This document shows, one piece after another, positions 1 through 13,924 of a stretch of 64,000 nt of DNA. Both the position numbers and the translations under genes were made by a program. Position 1 is the first letter of the stretch; each line of letters starts with the position of its first letter. The stretch is from Octopus sinensis (taxonomy: Eukaryota). The DNA lies in the NCBI RefSeq assembly GCF_006345805.1, contig NC_043003.1, forward strand, positions 99,820,001-99,884,000. Direction: 5' to 3'. The notes under the pieces were generated by a model. That model searched no databases and was not told the DNA's origin. It saw only the letters and a list, made by a program, of their open reading frames with translations.

Positions 1-695
1 TAATTCACAGCGAGCATCATGTCTGCTCCAAGGAGCTATATGGCCCTTTTTATTCCAATAGGATACTTTATTACTGGAAAAAACCCGGTTAATTAAATCA
101 TATGTGGCACACATAGCAAACCGATTTGTGTATTAAACACAAACCACAGACTGTCTAGGGGACGCAACTCGACCTTTTTAACTCTCGGAATAAGTATCCC
201 AAAATGTATAAAAATGTACAAAAACGGCAAAAAAGCGGGCAGCAATGTGAGTGACAACAACGAAAAAGTCGAAAGTGACCAAACTGAACAAACGAATGGA
301 AAAGGTTTTTTGGTGCACACGACAAAAGCGGTTTATAATAAACCAAGAGTTTGCAAGTAGGACCCTTAGGGTACGTCAAAAATTTAAGGTAAAACGTTTG
401 GGGTGGTAGTTATAAAGAAAGTTTAAACAAAAAAGTATTCGAATAACTTGCGGCTGCAGCAGCTATTAGCAGAAGTGGCGATGTTGGGGGTAAAGTCTCG
501 AATGTAATTTCTTCCTGGTAGGAACTGGTTGGGTTGAATTATCGATAGCTGTTTGATAGTTATTTTGGAGTGAAGAGAAGACATTGCAACCTACACATGC
601 GCCTTCGTTCCCTAGAGGGAAAGGACTAGATTGGGATTAGTCGTTGCATACTAGGGGCTCTTACATACCCGGGCAACGCTGGGCTATGCTGCTAG
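1..695 (+). mobile_element. 3' part of a non-autonomous Helitron
   Basis: Terminal hairpin CCCGGGCAACGCTGGG (668-683), then CTAG at 692-695 followed by T. The same terminus occurs at 30571 and 57620, and CAAAAACGGCAAAAA is shared with the 29558 element. Confidence 0.6.
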
Positions 696-1560
696 TTTAA
701 GTATAAGCATTGGCATCCACAAACTATGTCGGTATCTTCGGAAGAAATGGATGTTCCTCGAACATTCTGCCTGTAAATGGAGTTCCCCATCACATCCTAC
801 ATGTACGATTGATGGTTAAGCTAGTTCATCTAATGATTAAATAAACAATGAAAGACAAGTGTAGGGAGTTTAGATCGAAGGTGACCATCTTTTTGGTTAC
901 ATGACAATATAGCGAAATAACAGTGCAAATATGACTCAGTTCTATTGCTATTGTTATTAGTCGGTAGTGATCTTTAAGATCAGGGAATATTTGATGTAAA
1001 ATAGACGTACGATTAATTAGAGAGAGAACAAAATGGATGGCTGAAGGAGCGAAACGATGCGTTTATTATCTGTCATCTCAGCACAACAAGATTATCACAG
1101 TTTGGGAGAACCTGTACAAGAGTTTTCCTAACCCAAGGCTTATAGGTTTCCTGTTGTTTATGTGCATATACGTATTTCAGTGAAAGTGCTTATACAAAAG
1201 CAGTTGACAAGCAGTGTCAAATGTATAAAAGATTTTTACAACAGAAGAGAAACAGGTGGCGAAGCTTTTGTTTACCTCAACCATGATACATCAAACGGTA
1301 TAAAATATAACAAGTGCTGAAAATATAAATTCATTTAATGTAGCTGGAACGTGCTATGTAATTGGCTCTCTATCGTATATAGCGGTTAGTTTTTTTGATT
1401 TACGAGGACAAGAATAACCACATCAAAAGATTCCATACTTTTAACATACATATCTAAAAATGTTTGTATTTCTGTAGATAAATATAAACTTTTGTTTCAT
1501 TTATTCGGTAAAATGTATAACTTATCGTTGTAATCTAAATAATTTCGGTTTAAAAAAAAT

Positions 1561-1676
1561 TATATATATATAAACATATATATGTGTATATATATATGCA
1601 CACACACACAAAAACATGTATGCATATGTATTATATATATAATATACATATATATATATTGAGAGAGAGAGAAACG

Positions 1677-1708
<32 letters not shown>

Positions 1709-2116
1709 TATGTGCATGTGTATATGTGTATATATCTATATACGTATACATTATATCGAAAGATAGATTAAAAACATAGAGACACATACACAAATACACA
1801 CACGTAGGTCGTTCTATCCGTGTAGTTTATTGCATTTTTTACTTTGTGCTTTATATATCTATGTGTGTGTGTGTGTGTCTGTGTGTGTGTGTGTGTGTGG
1901 TGTGTGTGTGTGTGGTGTGTGTGTGTGTGTTGTGTGTGTGTGTGTGTATACATCTGTGTGTGTCTGTGTGTCTGTGAACAAAAACACCATCCCGGGCAGT
2001 TTTCTGCTAATCAGTGTGATAAGGTTAGGGATATACATTGCGTGTACGCATATATATATGTGTGTGTGTGTGTTGTGTGTGTGTGTGTGTGTATATATAT
2101 GTATATATGTATATGT

Positions 2117-2155
<39 letters not shown>

Positions 2156-2335
2156 TATGTGCATGTGTATATGTGTATATATCTATATACGTATACATTA
2201 TATCGAAAGATAGATTAAAAACATAGAGACACATACACAAATACACACACGTAGGTCGTTCTATCCGTGTAGTTTATTGCATTTTTTACTTTGTGCTTTA
2301 TATATCTATGTGTGTGTGTGTGTCTGTGTGTGTGT

Positions 2336-2388
<53 letters not shown>

Positions 2389-2487
2389 CATCTGTGTGTG
2401 TCTGTGTGTCTGTGAACAAAAACACCATCCCGGGCAGTTTTCTGCTAATCAGTGTGATAAGGTTAGGGATATACATTGCGTGTACGC

Positions 2488-2528
<41 letters not shown>

Positions 2529-2567
2529 TATATATGTATATGTAGGTATATATATTATATATATATA

Positions 2568-2615
<48 letters not shown>

Positions 2616-2703
2616 GTGTGTGTGTGTGTGTGTATTATGATAATATATATGTGTGTAAATATTTGATCTCATTTATATAGTTATACATATTCGTATATAC
2701 GTA

Positions 2704-2755
<52 letters not shown>

Positions 2756-2760
2756 CTCTG
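1561..2760. repeat. Microsatellite-rich block containing a ~447-bp direct tandem duplication
   Basis: The unique segments ATCGAAAGATAG...CGTAGGTCGTTCTATCCG...CCCGGGCAGTTTTCTGC occur twice 447 bp apart (e.g. ~1755 and ~2202), embedded in (TA)n/(TG)n/(TC)n. Confidence 0.85.
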
Positions 2761-4329
2761 TGGATATAAGTGTGTGGGGAGGAAGTGTCGTGATAAAACC
2801 TGTAAACACGCTACTCATCAATAGTTGTATATCTATATTTCACTTTGTTTTCTTTATCCAAAACAGTCGGCATTTTATGTCCCTCAAAATATTTTTCTCT
2901 ACACCAATATGTAACCTTCTCAACTGGGATATATTTCTCAGATGAATGCTTTGTTAGTTTACAACTGATTTTACTGTTGTTCTATAACAATAGCGGTAGG
3001 CATACGCGCTGAGGATGTTTTTATTTGTTTATTTTGCTTCCTTTTGTTGTTGTTAACATCAGAACATATGTGTAGGTCCGCGCGTGTGTATTGGTTGACT
3101 TTAGTTGTTTTTGAACTTCTTTATCTTCATTTCAGTGTCAATATGTTGGTAGGTTTTCGGCACGCAGGCGTTGTTACTCCACTCGTTCTTCCTACTGTGT
3201 TATTGGTAGTCTGCCTCCTGAATTTAATTTCAGCAGTCTTAAAACAGATTACAGAAGCTACACAAACACATAGAGCAGACTATTCCTACATGCTTGATCT
3301 GAAGAATGAGTAGGGTAACAAAGTCCCTTACTAATGGCAATTATACTCAAAATAAGTAACATAATTAACTAGCGATTTAAATTTTGTCTATATTTTTTGA
3401 TAAAAGTTGTTACTTAGTACATTCTTTGTTGTTCTATTGTATTTTCCACACTTGTATAGTGGAAATTGCTCGGAATTCGACCGCCTATTTCCTGCACATC
3501 ATTCTAAATATACTGATTATGTATTTGTTGTCGGTGAACTGTAATCCGTTTTTCCCAAATAACATACATGATTGACCGAGTCTCCCCACATCCACTGCAG
3601 AGTATGATATGAATTAATATTTCAATTGAGCTCGTAATATTGTTTTTATTTTAAAATTCTGCACTTATTTAAAATCTAACTCCGAGCCTTCATATAAATT
3701 AATAAAAATTCTACAATTTGCATTATTTTACTGTTGGCCGTGATACAATGATGATAAGTAATCGAACATTTAAGCTTATTTTGTGGTTTTTGCCGGATGT
3801 TTTCTTTTCTTTTTCCTTTTTTATTTATTTATTTATTTTGCTGGGGTGGCGGTCTTCTAATTTTTTTGATTTTCATCGTGTTAAATTTTTATGAATCATA
3901 TTAAAATCCTCAAAATTTATAAACTTTTATGTTAAGTAAAATGTTTGTTTTTCTTCTGTTATGGTTTTTAAACCACGGATAACAATTACTCATACTCTTT
4001 CGTTACCTTTCTCTTTCTCTCCCTCTCCCTTCCCCTCTCTCTGTCCCTCTCCCTCTTCCATTGTCATTTAGTAGTAGTGGATACCATCTTTCAATCAAAA
4101 TTCCGATTTGATACGTTGGTACATATTCTTTAAGCTAAATTGAGCGAATGTTGAATCCCGTGCGTGTTATATAAGATCATATTGTACGATTTATATTTTC
4201 ATCTCGCGTAGCGACGCCTATAATCTTAAAATTCTTTCTGAGTTACTGCTTCATATTTAAGCTAAGATCTACAAGACTTCCAGCCTTTTCCATCTTGTAC
4301 AATTTGTCCTTACATTCGGTTGTTTGCCT

Positions 4330-4700
4330 TTTCTCTGATGATTTTTGTGAAAAGTTTAGCTGGGTTGTTATGGGCTCTGTGATGACCGACTATACAAACT
4401 TATTTGTAGGCTATATTAAAGTTACTCCAGAACTGTGTGACAGATATGTTGATAACTGCATTAGTGTCACTTCCCTCAACAGATATCAATCAAACTTTCA
4501 CCTCGTACTCCAACATTTTTCACCGTGCACTGGAATTCAGTTCCAGTGTCTGCCACCCTTTCTAGATATCCCAAAGGACATTCCTGACCACTACGCCAAT
4601 TCTTTTCTCTAGGAAGAAAGAGTTGCGTGTAGTAGTTGGTGCAGTACCTGTGAGTGGAGACAACTTAATTGGCGAGAGGGAAAGAGACGAATGGTTTGTA
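4330..4700 (+). pseudogene. Degenerate Penelope-like reverse transcriptase fragment
   Basis: ORF 4295-4612 reads VVMGS..TNLFVGY..RYVDN..NFHLVLQ..LPPFLDI, matching the PLE RT motifs MGS/ANLF/RYVDD/FHP.L.F/LPFLD. Confidence 0.55.
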
Positions 4701-5730
4701 ATTCCTTGGGGAGAAATCATATGAAACTAACCAACTTTGAAAAAACAGAGGTTGCAGCAGTGGAAAAGCAGAAAAGGCAGCGAGAGGACGCACTATGTCT
4801 ATTGGCCAATGTCTGAAGTGTCTGAACGAGCGATTTCATGTTAATCAATCGAGTGCAGTCTAGGATTCATGTATGTGCTTAGCAACAGAACAGTTCAAGA
4901 TGTAGGAGCAGTGCACTATTGTGAGTCTCACTGGAACTTTCTATGGTATCAGTAGTTGTTATTGGGGGGAAGGTGAAATATCATATGACCCGGATGATGC
5001 AATACAATTTCTGTAGTTTTTGTTCTGTTGCTTGCTTTTTGTATGCAAGCCAACGGGGCTCACTCTGAAAGCTCTTAATTTTTTCATACTGAATGTACCG
5101 GCCGTTCGGTTGTTGGGCGAAGACCATCCTCGGTGATGGTGAGGCCTAACATCCGAGAGTGCAGTGGAGTGCCACAATGTTTTCTTGATATGTGCAGTGA
5201 CTGTACCCTTTCGTTTGTAAAGATAACTAAGTTATCACGGCACTAAGAGTGGATGCACTTGAGGATTCTGTTCGCAGAATTAGTAGAGATTTGGTGTAAG
5301 AACTCAAGGTTAATATCACGTGGTTTGAAGCTGGGTGGTAAATGCTTAAGGAAGAATGAAGAGTGGTATTATCTACTTAATAAGGGGCGTTGCTGATGAC
5401 AGTGAGCAGGAGCATGAGGGTGGGATATAAAACTGAACCTCAGGTACATCAGAGTTGAAAGAGAGAAGTCTATCAGCAGACGCCGTATTAATGAGATTTG
5501 AGAGAAAGCACTCTTTCTGAAAGACGAGAGTGGTATGAAGTCAATTGGCAAGCAATTTGTACAGAATACTCGCATTCTCAAGACAATGGGAAGGTTTGTG
5601 AATGCTGAAAGCAACAAAGCATCTTTAACCAGATTTATCGTGGGAATGAGTGGCGAGTGACGGTAGGAGAGCAGGTCTCCGGTAGACCTGGTTTTGCGAA
5701 AGATGTATTAATCGTCATGAGTGGGAGGGG

Positions 5731-6925
5731 ATGGATTCAAGGTGTGGGGAAAATTTGTTGTTAATGGCTGGCTACATCACTACTAAGATTACTGTAATGA
5801 ATATCTGGACAGTTGCGGTGGTCAGATATAGTGCGTCCATCCTCAAATGGACTAAGGAGGAAATATCAATACTGGATAGAAGGGCAAGAAAGTTGATGAC
5901 GCTACATGGGGCGCTACACCCCAAAGCAAACGTAAACAGACTGTATATGAAAAGAAAGAATGGTGGCAGAACGCTTCATCACTATTTGATAAATAGTGAT
6001 GAAGACCTGCTGCATTATACCGCGAAAGATATGAATGTAAATGTAGATGAAATGATGGGCAAGGAAGAGTTTAACCAAAGAGCTGAGGAGAAGAGAAAAG
6101 AAGACCTTGAAATGAGAATGCATGAACAGTTTGAAAGGAATACACAAGACGTTAAGGATAATACAGCATCGTGGGTATAGCATAAGCGAGGTTATCAGAA
6201 GCGTACCATCAAAAGCCTTATCATTGCTGCACAAGACCAGGCTCTCGCTACCAATTCAGTGAAGTATAACATCTATAAAACTTCTGATACCCAGAAATGC
6301 AGACTCCAGAAAGAGTGTGGAAAATGTGACCCACTTGGTAAGTGGATGACAAAAAAAATACAAGCGCCGCCACGATAAAGTAGTATGTGTATCTTCAATG
6401 GCTCTTATGCCGTAGATACCAATATGAAGTAACAGAGAACTAATATGAGCATGTACCAAGTAAAGTTATGCAGGAGGATGGAAAGGAAAAGATACTCTGG
6501 GATTATGATTTTCAGAGGATCGTGTAATCGAACACCGTCTGCCGGATATTGTCATACTAAATAAGAGAGACTAATACTGCCAGATCATTGATGTAGCCAT
6601 ACCAAATGACATGAATGTTGTGAGTAAAGAGGTTGAAAAAATCACCAAGTACTCCGAATTGAAAGTGGAAATGGTAAGACTGTATGGAATGCGAGAGGGT
6701 AATGTAAAAGTGATACCAGTGGTGATCGGAGCGCTGGGCTCAAACCCATTGAACTTCAAAACTGCTTAAGGCAACTGGAATCCTATGCAAGATTGATGTC
6801 TTGCAAAAAGCAGTCTTATTGGGCACAGCGCACATCTTAAGGAAAGTATTATGTGTCTGAGGTCCTTGTTGTGACTTGACAGATGACTAAAGACTCCGGT
6901 GCATTTTTACCTACACTGTGTTACG
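5731..6925 (+). mobile_element. 3' fragment of an R4/Dong-like non-LTR retrotransposon (RT thumb + RLE endonuclease), disrupted
   Basis: VRYSASILKWT..LDRRARKLMTLHGALHPKANVNRLYMKRKNGGR, AAQDQAL, RHDKV, ILWD, PDIV, IIDVAIPND, IPVVIGALG and LLGTAHILRKVL in several frames. Confidence 0.8.
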
Positions 6926-7105
6926 AAGGAGGAGGAGGAAGAAGAAGAAGAAGAAGAAGAAGAGAAGAAGAAGAAGAAGAAAAAGAAGAAAAAGAAGAAG
7001 AAGAAGAAGAAGAAGAAGAAGAAGAAGAAAAAGAAGAAAAAGAAGAAGAAGAAGAACAACAACAACAACAGCAACAACAACAACAACAATAGCGACGACG
7101 ACGAG
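6926..7105 (+). repeat. (GGA)/(GAA)n/(CAA)n trinucleotide tract at the 3' end of the R4-like element
   Basis: Directly visible. Confidence 0.95.
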
Positions 7106-7315
7106 GATTTCTTTTATTGACTACAAGAAATCAAGACATCAAAAGATGAAATAGCTAGTGGATATTTGCTCCTTCCGAAGCAATGCCACTAATGATTTTC
7201 GTCGGTTATTGATATATTTCTGAGTTTTTTAACACTATACGACTATTATAAAAGCTGCTTTCTCGAGATGAAAACCGTAGTTTATCGGACTTTCACCGAT
7301 GCATATGCTTTACAT

Positions 7316-7369
<54 letters not shown>

Positions 7370-8155
7370 ACACACACACACACACCTATATAACGCCACT
7401 AGGTCTTCACATAAATGAATAAAAACACATTGACTAAATATTATCTGTTCCCTAATGTTCACAGCATTAATTCTCATATGATGTCCTTTTACTTTATCTG
7501 TTATATACTTAATTAGTTCTAATGAATTCTTGTTGCCTGCAGCGGAACTGAACAAATATGGAGTGGAAGTAAACGATATTTCCAGAGCAATTGTTATGTC
7601 TTGCATAAAAACATTTGCTGCTGGTTTCGTCAGTCAGCTATCTCTCTACTTATCAGTCAATCTGTTCCTCTCTCTCTTTCTCTCTCTCACTCCCTCTCTT
7701 TCTCTCTCTCACTCACTCCATTCCTCTCTCTTTCTTTCTCTCTCTCCCTCTCGCTCTCCTTATTTTTTTCTCTCTCTCTCTCTCTAACTCACTATCTATC
7801 ACTTTTTCTGTCTCTCTCGTAATTGGATGTGTTAGTTTAAATAAATACATACATGCATACATACATACATACATACATACATACATACATACATACATAC
7901 ATACATACATACATACATACATACATACATACATACATGCATGCATACAGACGGACGGACGGAAAGATGGATGGATGGACGAATGGATGGATACATAGAT
8001 ACATAGATGGTGAATATCATCATGCTTCACAAAGAATATTAAGTTGAATTCAATGATGCATAATGCATTCGCAATTTCATCGATATAAAGAAATAATAGT
8101 TTTTGCGTCGATTTTTTCTTTCTCTCTCTCTCCTTCTATCCATCTCTCTCCCTCA

Positions 8156-8195
<40 letters not shown>

Positions 8196-8278
8196 ATGTA
8201 TCTATCTGCCTCACTCTAAGGATGTGCGAGTCATTGCACGTATTTGTGCATATCTATATTAATGTGTGTGCGTGTGTG

Positions 8279-8363
<85 letters not shown>

Positions 8364-8380
8364 GATAGATAGATAGATAA
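7316..8380. repeat. Cluster of (CA)n, (TC)n, (ACAT)n, (GGAT)n and (GATA)n microsatellites
   Basis: Directly visible. Confidence 0.95.
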
Positions 8381-8404
8381 GTATATCTATCGATCACAGA
8401 AAAA

Positions 8405-9745
8405 TAAATTGGGCCTTATTACCCGATTTTCTACAGACATTGGGATGAAATTTGGTGAGTCCAAATGTTCATTTTTAACAATAAAACGTGGAAAAGTTGT
8501 GCTCTTCTCTGAGAACCTAAGAATGAATGGCTTTATAATACAACCTCTACAGTCAGGGGACAATCATAGGTATCTTGGACAAGATGAGAATGTCTGATAT
8601 GACGGACCGAAATAAGGAGATTACCAGGAATGAAATATTTCAGGAGAATAGGAAGAATATGGTCATCAGAACTCTCAGCTTGCAGCATGCATATTGCCCT
8701 ATACCTATTTTTGAATCGGTCTGTAACGGGTAAGATTTTTGTTAGTAAACAATATTATGAAATGTCGGAGTCAGTAGTTGTAACGATGAAAAATTTGTTG
8801 TTATAACTGCATACTGTAGGATGTGAAAGATGGACAATGCATGAAGTTTTAAGAAAGAATTTATTTACCGTTACGTTACAATACCTTGCCTCGACAGGCA
8901 GGTTATGATAAATCCAAAAGCATGCGAAGTAAAGTTTGTGTTTGTGTTCTCTTCATTGTTTAGTAGTAACTGCAGAGAGAGATAGAATGATGTATGAGAA
9001 CAGAATTAGAGTTAGTGAGAGTCGTAGAGTGTTGTCTCACAGCTGCTGACAGTAAGCTTCATTTCTCCCTCTGACCAAGGTTCAAGCTGGTCAGCCAGAC
9101 TTCGTCGTCACCGAAGTGACTAACTGATTTTTGCTTGGGGTGTGCTTATATAACAATCCAGAAGGATAGATATATCATAGATATATCATTGAGAACAATA
9201 GATTTAGTTGGTGGTCTTGTTATCTCTATTCTAGCTTTTGGTGAAGTAGAAGAGGTTAGAAAGGGTCAAGTGGTGAAGACATTATTTCGGCCTAGCTAAA
9301 GGCATCTGAAAAATGTAAAACTGCTGTCAGAGAAAAACCATTATTCCACCATGGGAAAAGTTCTGTTGCAGTGTTAATTTAAATTTGTGTGTGGTGGATC
9401 GAATCCACTTCATGCATGCAAGATCCACTATAGGTCACTACAACAACTCAATAAGATAAATATTCGAACTCGTAAGATGCTCAGTGTTACAGGAAACTTC
9501 AACATCAGTGGAGATGTAGACAGGCTATACTTCCTACGTAAGGATTGTGGCCGTGGTCTCAAATCTGTATAGATATCATATGAATGAAACAATGCCTGCA
9601 GCGGAGGAAAGGGATCAGTAACTATCTCGCCCAAGTTTGTGATCTTGAAATCAACAACATAATTAGGATAGCTAATAAACTTGAAGAGAGGTATGAAATA
9701 AGAGCTGATATAGATCTCTCCCCAAGGAGCATTGGTAAAACACGG
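8405..9745 (+). mobile_element. R4/Dong-like RT C-terminal segment, interrupted and inverted relative to its 5' part
   Basis: FSTDIGMKFGESKC, YLGQDEN, IWSSELS and INIRTRKML..FNISGDVDRLYFLRKDCGRGLKSV. Confidence 0.7.
8715..9400 (-). mobile_element. Insertion in the R4-like element, possibly a solo LTR
   Basis: Interrupts the R4 reading frame. Has TGTAAC/GTTACA motifs plus a TATATAA and an AATAAA on the minus strand. Boundaries and TSD are unresolved. Confidence 0.3.
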
Positions 9746-9754
9746 GCTATTATC

Positions 9755-11900
9755 CTGATGGATGCCTTTTTGGTAGTGAATACTGACTCAATTTGCTCCT
9801 TATCACTCCTAAGGGGCAGCTGGTGTACTGTGTCTTGGTCGGGTGTTCAATAGCAATCACTCGTGGTTGTGGAACTTTGGCTAACTGTAAACCCTTGATA
9901 ATCTACCCATGCGGTATACTATCATATGCCTTCTGGTAGTCCAACTACACTACGGTTAAGTTCCTGCGATTTTTTTCTTTGCTTTTTCTTGGGTCATTTT
10001 CTAAATTGATAGATGCTGTATACCACCTCACATCTTTCCTCCAGCATGCTCAGGTGTTATAATGTTTGTGGCAGATAGATGTACCCAATATATAAAATGT
10101 AGATGATGTTCTGGCGGGCTATTGGGCGGTAATTTTTAGCAGGGGTGGTTTGGCTAATTGTGGGGATTAGGAAAGTATTTGGAGTTTATAATCATTGAAG
10201 CAGTTTTTGTGTGCCCCTGATGCTTTCTCTATGCAATTGTATGAGATCTCGCCGATAAAAGGGGAAATTCTTCAGCCAGTAACCTGTCATGAGGTCTGGG
10301 CCTGATGATTTCTTGTTTGACATTTTCGGTAGAACCGTCTCCAGTATTTCACCGTTTATTTCATATTGCTTTTGCTGGACATTCCTGCAATAGTCCTGCT
10401 CCAGTTCTTTTAGCCATACAGCTTGTTTGTTGAACTGGTCATTTGTTTCTCGTTCAAATTTCCTGTAACCCTTAACCTGATCTCTTGTGGAGATGCCTTT
10501 TACAGAGATTGAGCCTTTCGTATTGAAGCTGTGATAAACTGCCTTGGGATTCCTGGCAAATAATTTATTGAGCATTTTCTGCTTATATGTTATAGTATTT
10601 CAGTTTTTCAGCTGTGAGTGGTTGTTTCAGCTGGTACAGTTTTTAATCCTGTATCACGAAATAGCCTCTAGAGTTGTTCTGTTTTTTTTTTGTTTTTGTT
10701 TTTTTTTTTTAAGGTCTTCCTGATGTGTGAAGTTGTTCTCTGTGTTACATATCATAACTACAACAATCTGTGAGATACTTTTTCGCAAGAGTAAAATTTT
10801 ATTTTTTAAATTACGCGCAAATACTGGTTCGGGCTTTCTGTTTGAATCTCGATTGCTGGCTCTTTGCGATACGCTAGTAATGTAATAGCTTAGACATATG
10901 TCAAAAGCTTAAATAGTTTCGTAAGTTGTTTTCATACTTCTAGATTGTGTCAATTTCAGGTTTTTTCCTGTTTCGTTAACAACTCTAATTTTAATTTACT
11001 GGGTTCTATACTTGTACTGGTGCTGTACGGCCGGTCATTCAAATTAAGATTGTGGACTTGTTGAAACATATCATTCTAGACCGCTTGTAAGATGCCCGCA
11101 AGTTTTTGGTGCTCTGTTTGTACAGCATAGGATTTCAGCTAAATGGTTGATGTGTTGTTTACTGCTAGATTTAGCTGACCGTTCTGTCTATCCATCAGTG
11201 GAAATGAGATGATTATCTTCAATGGCTGGCTTTATAGTGTCAGCGTGCTTTGAATCAGGCATATCCTTTAGATGTATCAATTTACATCAGATACGTTTTG
11301 CTGGTTCATTTCAGTGTTTGTGGAGAAAATCTGATTCTGGGTGTTTGGGGTTCAATAATTTTTTTTAAACCGAACTTCTGGAGATCAGATTGTATATGTA
11401 CTTCGTATAATTCTTTGTTAAGATTGTAGGTTCATTGTCCGCAGTGGTTGTAGTCACGGTTTGATCAAAGAAAACTTGTATGTTTAGCCAAGATTTTGTC
11501 TATTCACTGATATTTGTATTTATTTTTCAAAATAGAAAATAATCTTTAAAAGTTTCAACAAAGTTTTGTCAGAATTAAATTTAAAGTTGTTCACAGCTTT
11601 GGGTAATCTTCCCTTTCGGGTTGTTTTTAATTCTACATTGTATTTAGACGTACATATTAAGCTTTTGTTCTTTTTTTGTCTTTTACGAGAAATGTTTTGA
11701 AACGTTACTTGATTATCGTTACAGTGCTGTGTTTACATAAATATGTTAAGATGTATGTATCATTTATATAGATATGCTGCAATATATGTAATATTTAAAA
11801 CACTTATGTAGAAATATTCGTATGCAATTTTACCGCACTCTGTAGCTCAACGTTTTCAGTATTTGGTATCTTGACTTCATGTGAGCAGTAATTACACACA
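9755..11900 (-). mobile_element. R4/Dong-like element, N-terminal region and first half of RT, degenerate
   Basis: Minus strand reads LDYQKAYDSIPH..IIKGLQLAKVP and LFARNPKAVY..KKSSGPDLMTGYWLKNF. The upstream extent is approximate. Confidence 0.7.
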
Positions 11901-11939
11901 TCTGAGTATTTAACTGACCATAATGGTCGCCGTATATAG

Positions 11940-13270
11940 GGAAAGGTAGGGCAAGTTGAGCTTGTTTTTAATTTAGGTACGTTAGGACTGAAATTACTGA
12001 TGAGCTTGCAGAAATGAGTATCTTACCTTCAAATTTAATCCTTGAGCTACATTTGTAGCTAGTTCTAACTTTCAGTTCTCACACTGAAAGTTACTGTGAC
12101 CTTTGAAAAGATGAATGCCAAATGGTTTAACTTTCCCCACCTTTGGAGTAAGTTGATCCAACCTCTGGGGTAAGTTGTGCCATACAAGGATAAGGTGATC
12201 AATGCCCCAAATAAAGATAACTAAGGTACAAAACCACTATTCTATCTGGAAAATATATTTAATGTTGTAACTACAACACTGAACGAAATGGTTACCTTGT
12301 GCTCATAGTTATAATAGTCAGTTAAAAACAAATAGAGTCATAGGAAAATCAAGATAGTAACAGTGGTAAGAAAAGTCAACTCAATTCAGCTTCCACAGTT
12401 TCAAGTCACAATTTATCAAAAAGTGTCCCAAAAACACCCAGAAATGTCAACAATCAGATTATGGTAACTAAGGCACAATATCCTGCTCATCAATACCAGC
12501 TTCATCATTTGGATAGGAAAACAGATGTGAGAAATGATTTCATTTAAGCTGTCACACTGACAAGTCATAGTTTGACCCAGCTGACCAGAACAACGGGCAG
12601 ACATGCTAACAGTTTTAGACTATGGCAGTTTATGCACGACGTCTTCCATTTCAAAACTTGCTCCATCCTTTGGATTTGGAACAAACACTGGGTTGTCAGC
12701 TTCAACTTTCCCAGAAAATTTTTACAGAAAGACATTCGAACTGAAATTCCTCTCCATTGAGTACATCAGCCTAATGTACTACACAAATCGTGCTTTGCTA
12801 GCACATTTGACAACCGCAAAGTTACCTACAAGGATATCCATGTCACTATCCATATCTGATTTGTCATTATACTCAACTTCTGATTCATCATTTGCCACAT
12901 TGGAACTAGGGGTTTTGGAGTTTGGGGACATGCCTTTTCCCCTTTAGATTTGAAGAAACACCTCTTTGGCTTCTTGGCAGATGCATTCCGTTTGCCATTT
13001 TCAGATAGGACTGCAAGCTCCTGGCGTTCTGTGGTGTCAGTTACAATCTTTGTGCTGGTCAATAATTGAATGTACTCTCCCTTTCTATCAATACACTTAG
13101 TCCTGCCGGACTTTATCGCAACCATCAGACAACACACGTTATTCTTGGGGATGAGGAACAGTATCAGAATGGCATTTTTCAGATTTGGCTCATCGTGAAT
13201 ATATCGGGGCAAATAAGTTGGACTATAGCTCAACTTGTCCCGTAAGGTCTGGCTCACCTTACCCCAGTCT
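11940..13270 (-). mobile_element. Degenerate pogo/Tigger-like DNA transposon remnant
   Basis: Inverted terminal motifs GGGCAAGTTGAGCT (~11949) and AGCTCAACTTGTCCC (~13225), with related GGGGTAAGTTG subterminal repeats. The ORF contains a KIVTDTTERQEL motif resembling pogo-type C-termini. Confidence 0.4.
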
Positions 13271-13878
13271 GAACTTCATGAGGTGTCTACTCATACACAC
13301 ATAAGCTATGCATCTATTGTTTGAAAGGATATGGCGAGCGTGTGTATCCCATACCTGGGCTGACAACTGCCATCTGATATCTATATCATATCTATGTTGC
13401 ATATGGAATAAAATATTCTTGCCCGTTTCACACATCTTTTACTTTTATGGCTAAATTTGATCAAAACAGTTTTATTCAAATTATAAGTTTAAATTTATGT
13501 TGGCATTTTTGTAAAATTATAATACAATTTAGCTCTGAAATAATCTGAAAAACAAAGAAAAATCATTTAACAAATATATAACAAATATCTAACACACATT
13601 GAAAAGTTGTAATTTTACCACGTTGGTGGGATACCTACCTACCAATTGTCTTATTTCTCAATGTTTTTGCTATCTTTACTCATCAGATGTTTTAGACAAT
13701 TTAGTATATATGTGTTAGAGATTATATGATTAATACCGTAAAATAGGATATTTAATTGTGGGGGTGTATGCAAGGGGTACGGGTGGGGGTCACATAACCC
13801 TAATTTTCATAATCTTATTTAAAATACTATTTGAAATCCTGTGCATACTGTAGAATTAAGGTTGTATTTCGACTCCAC

Positions 13879-13920
<42 letters not shown>

Positions 13921-13924
<4 letters not shown>

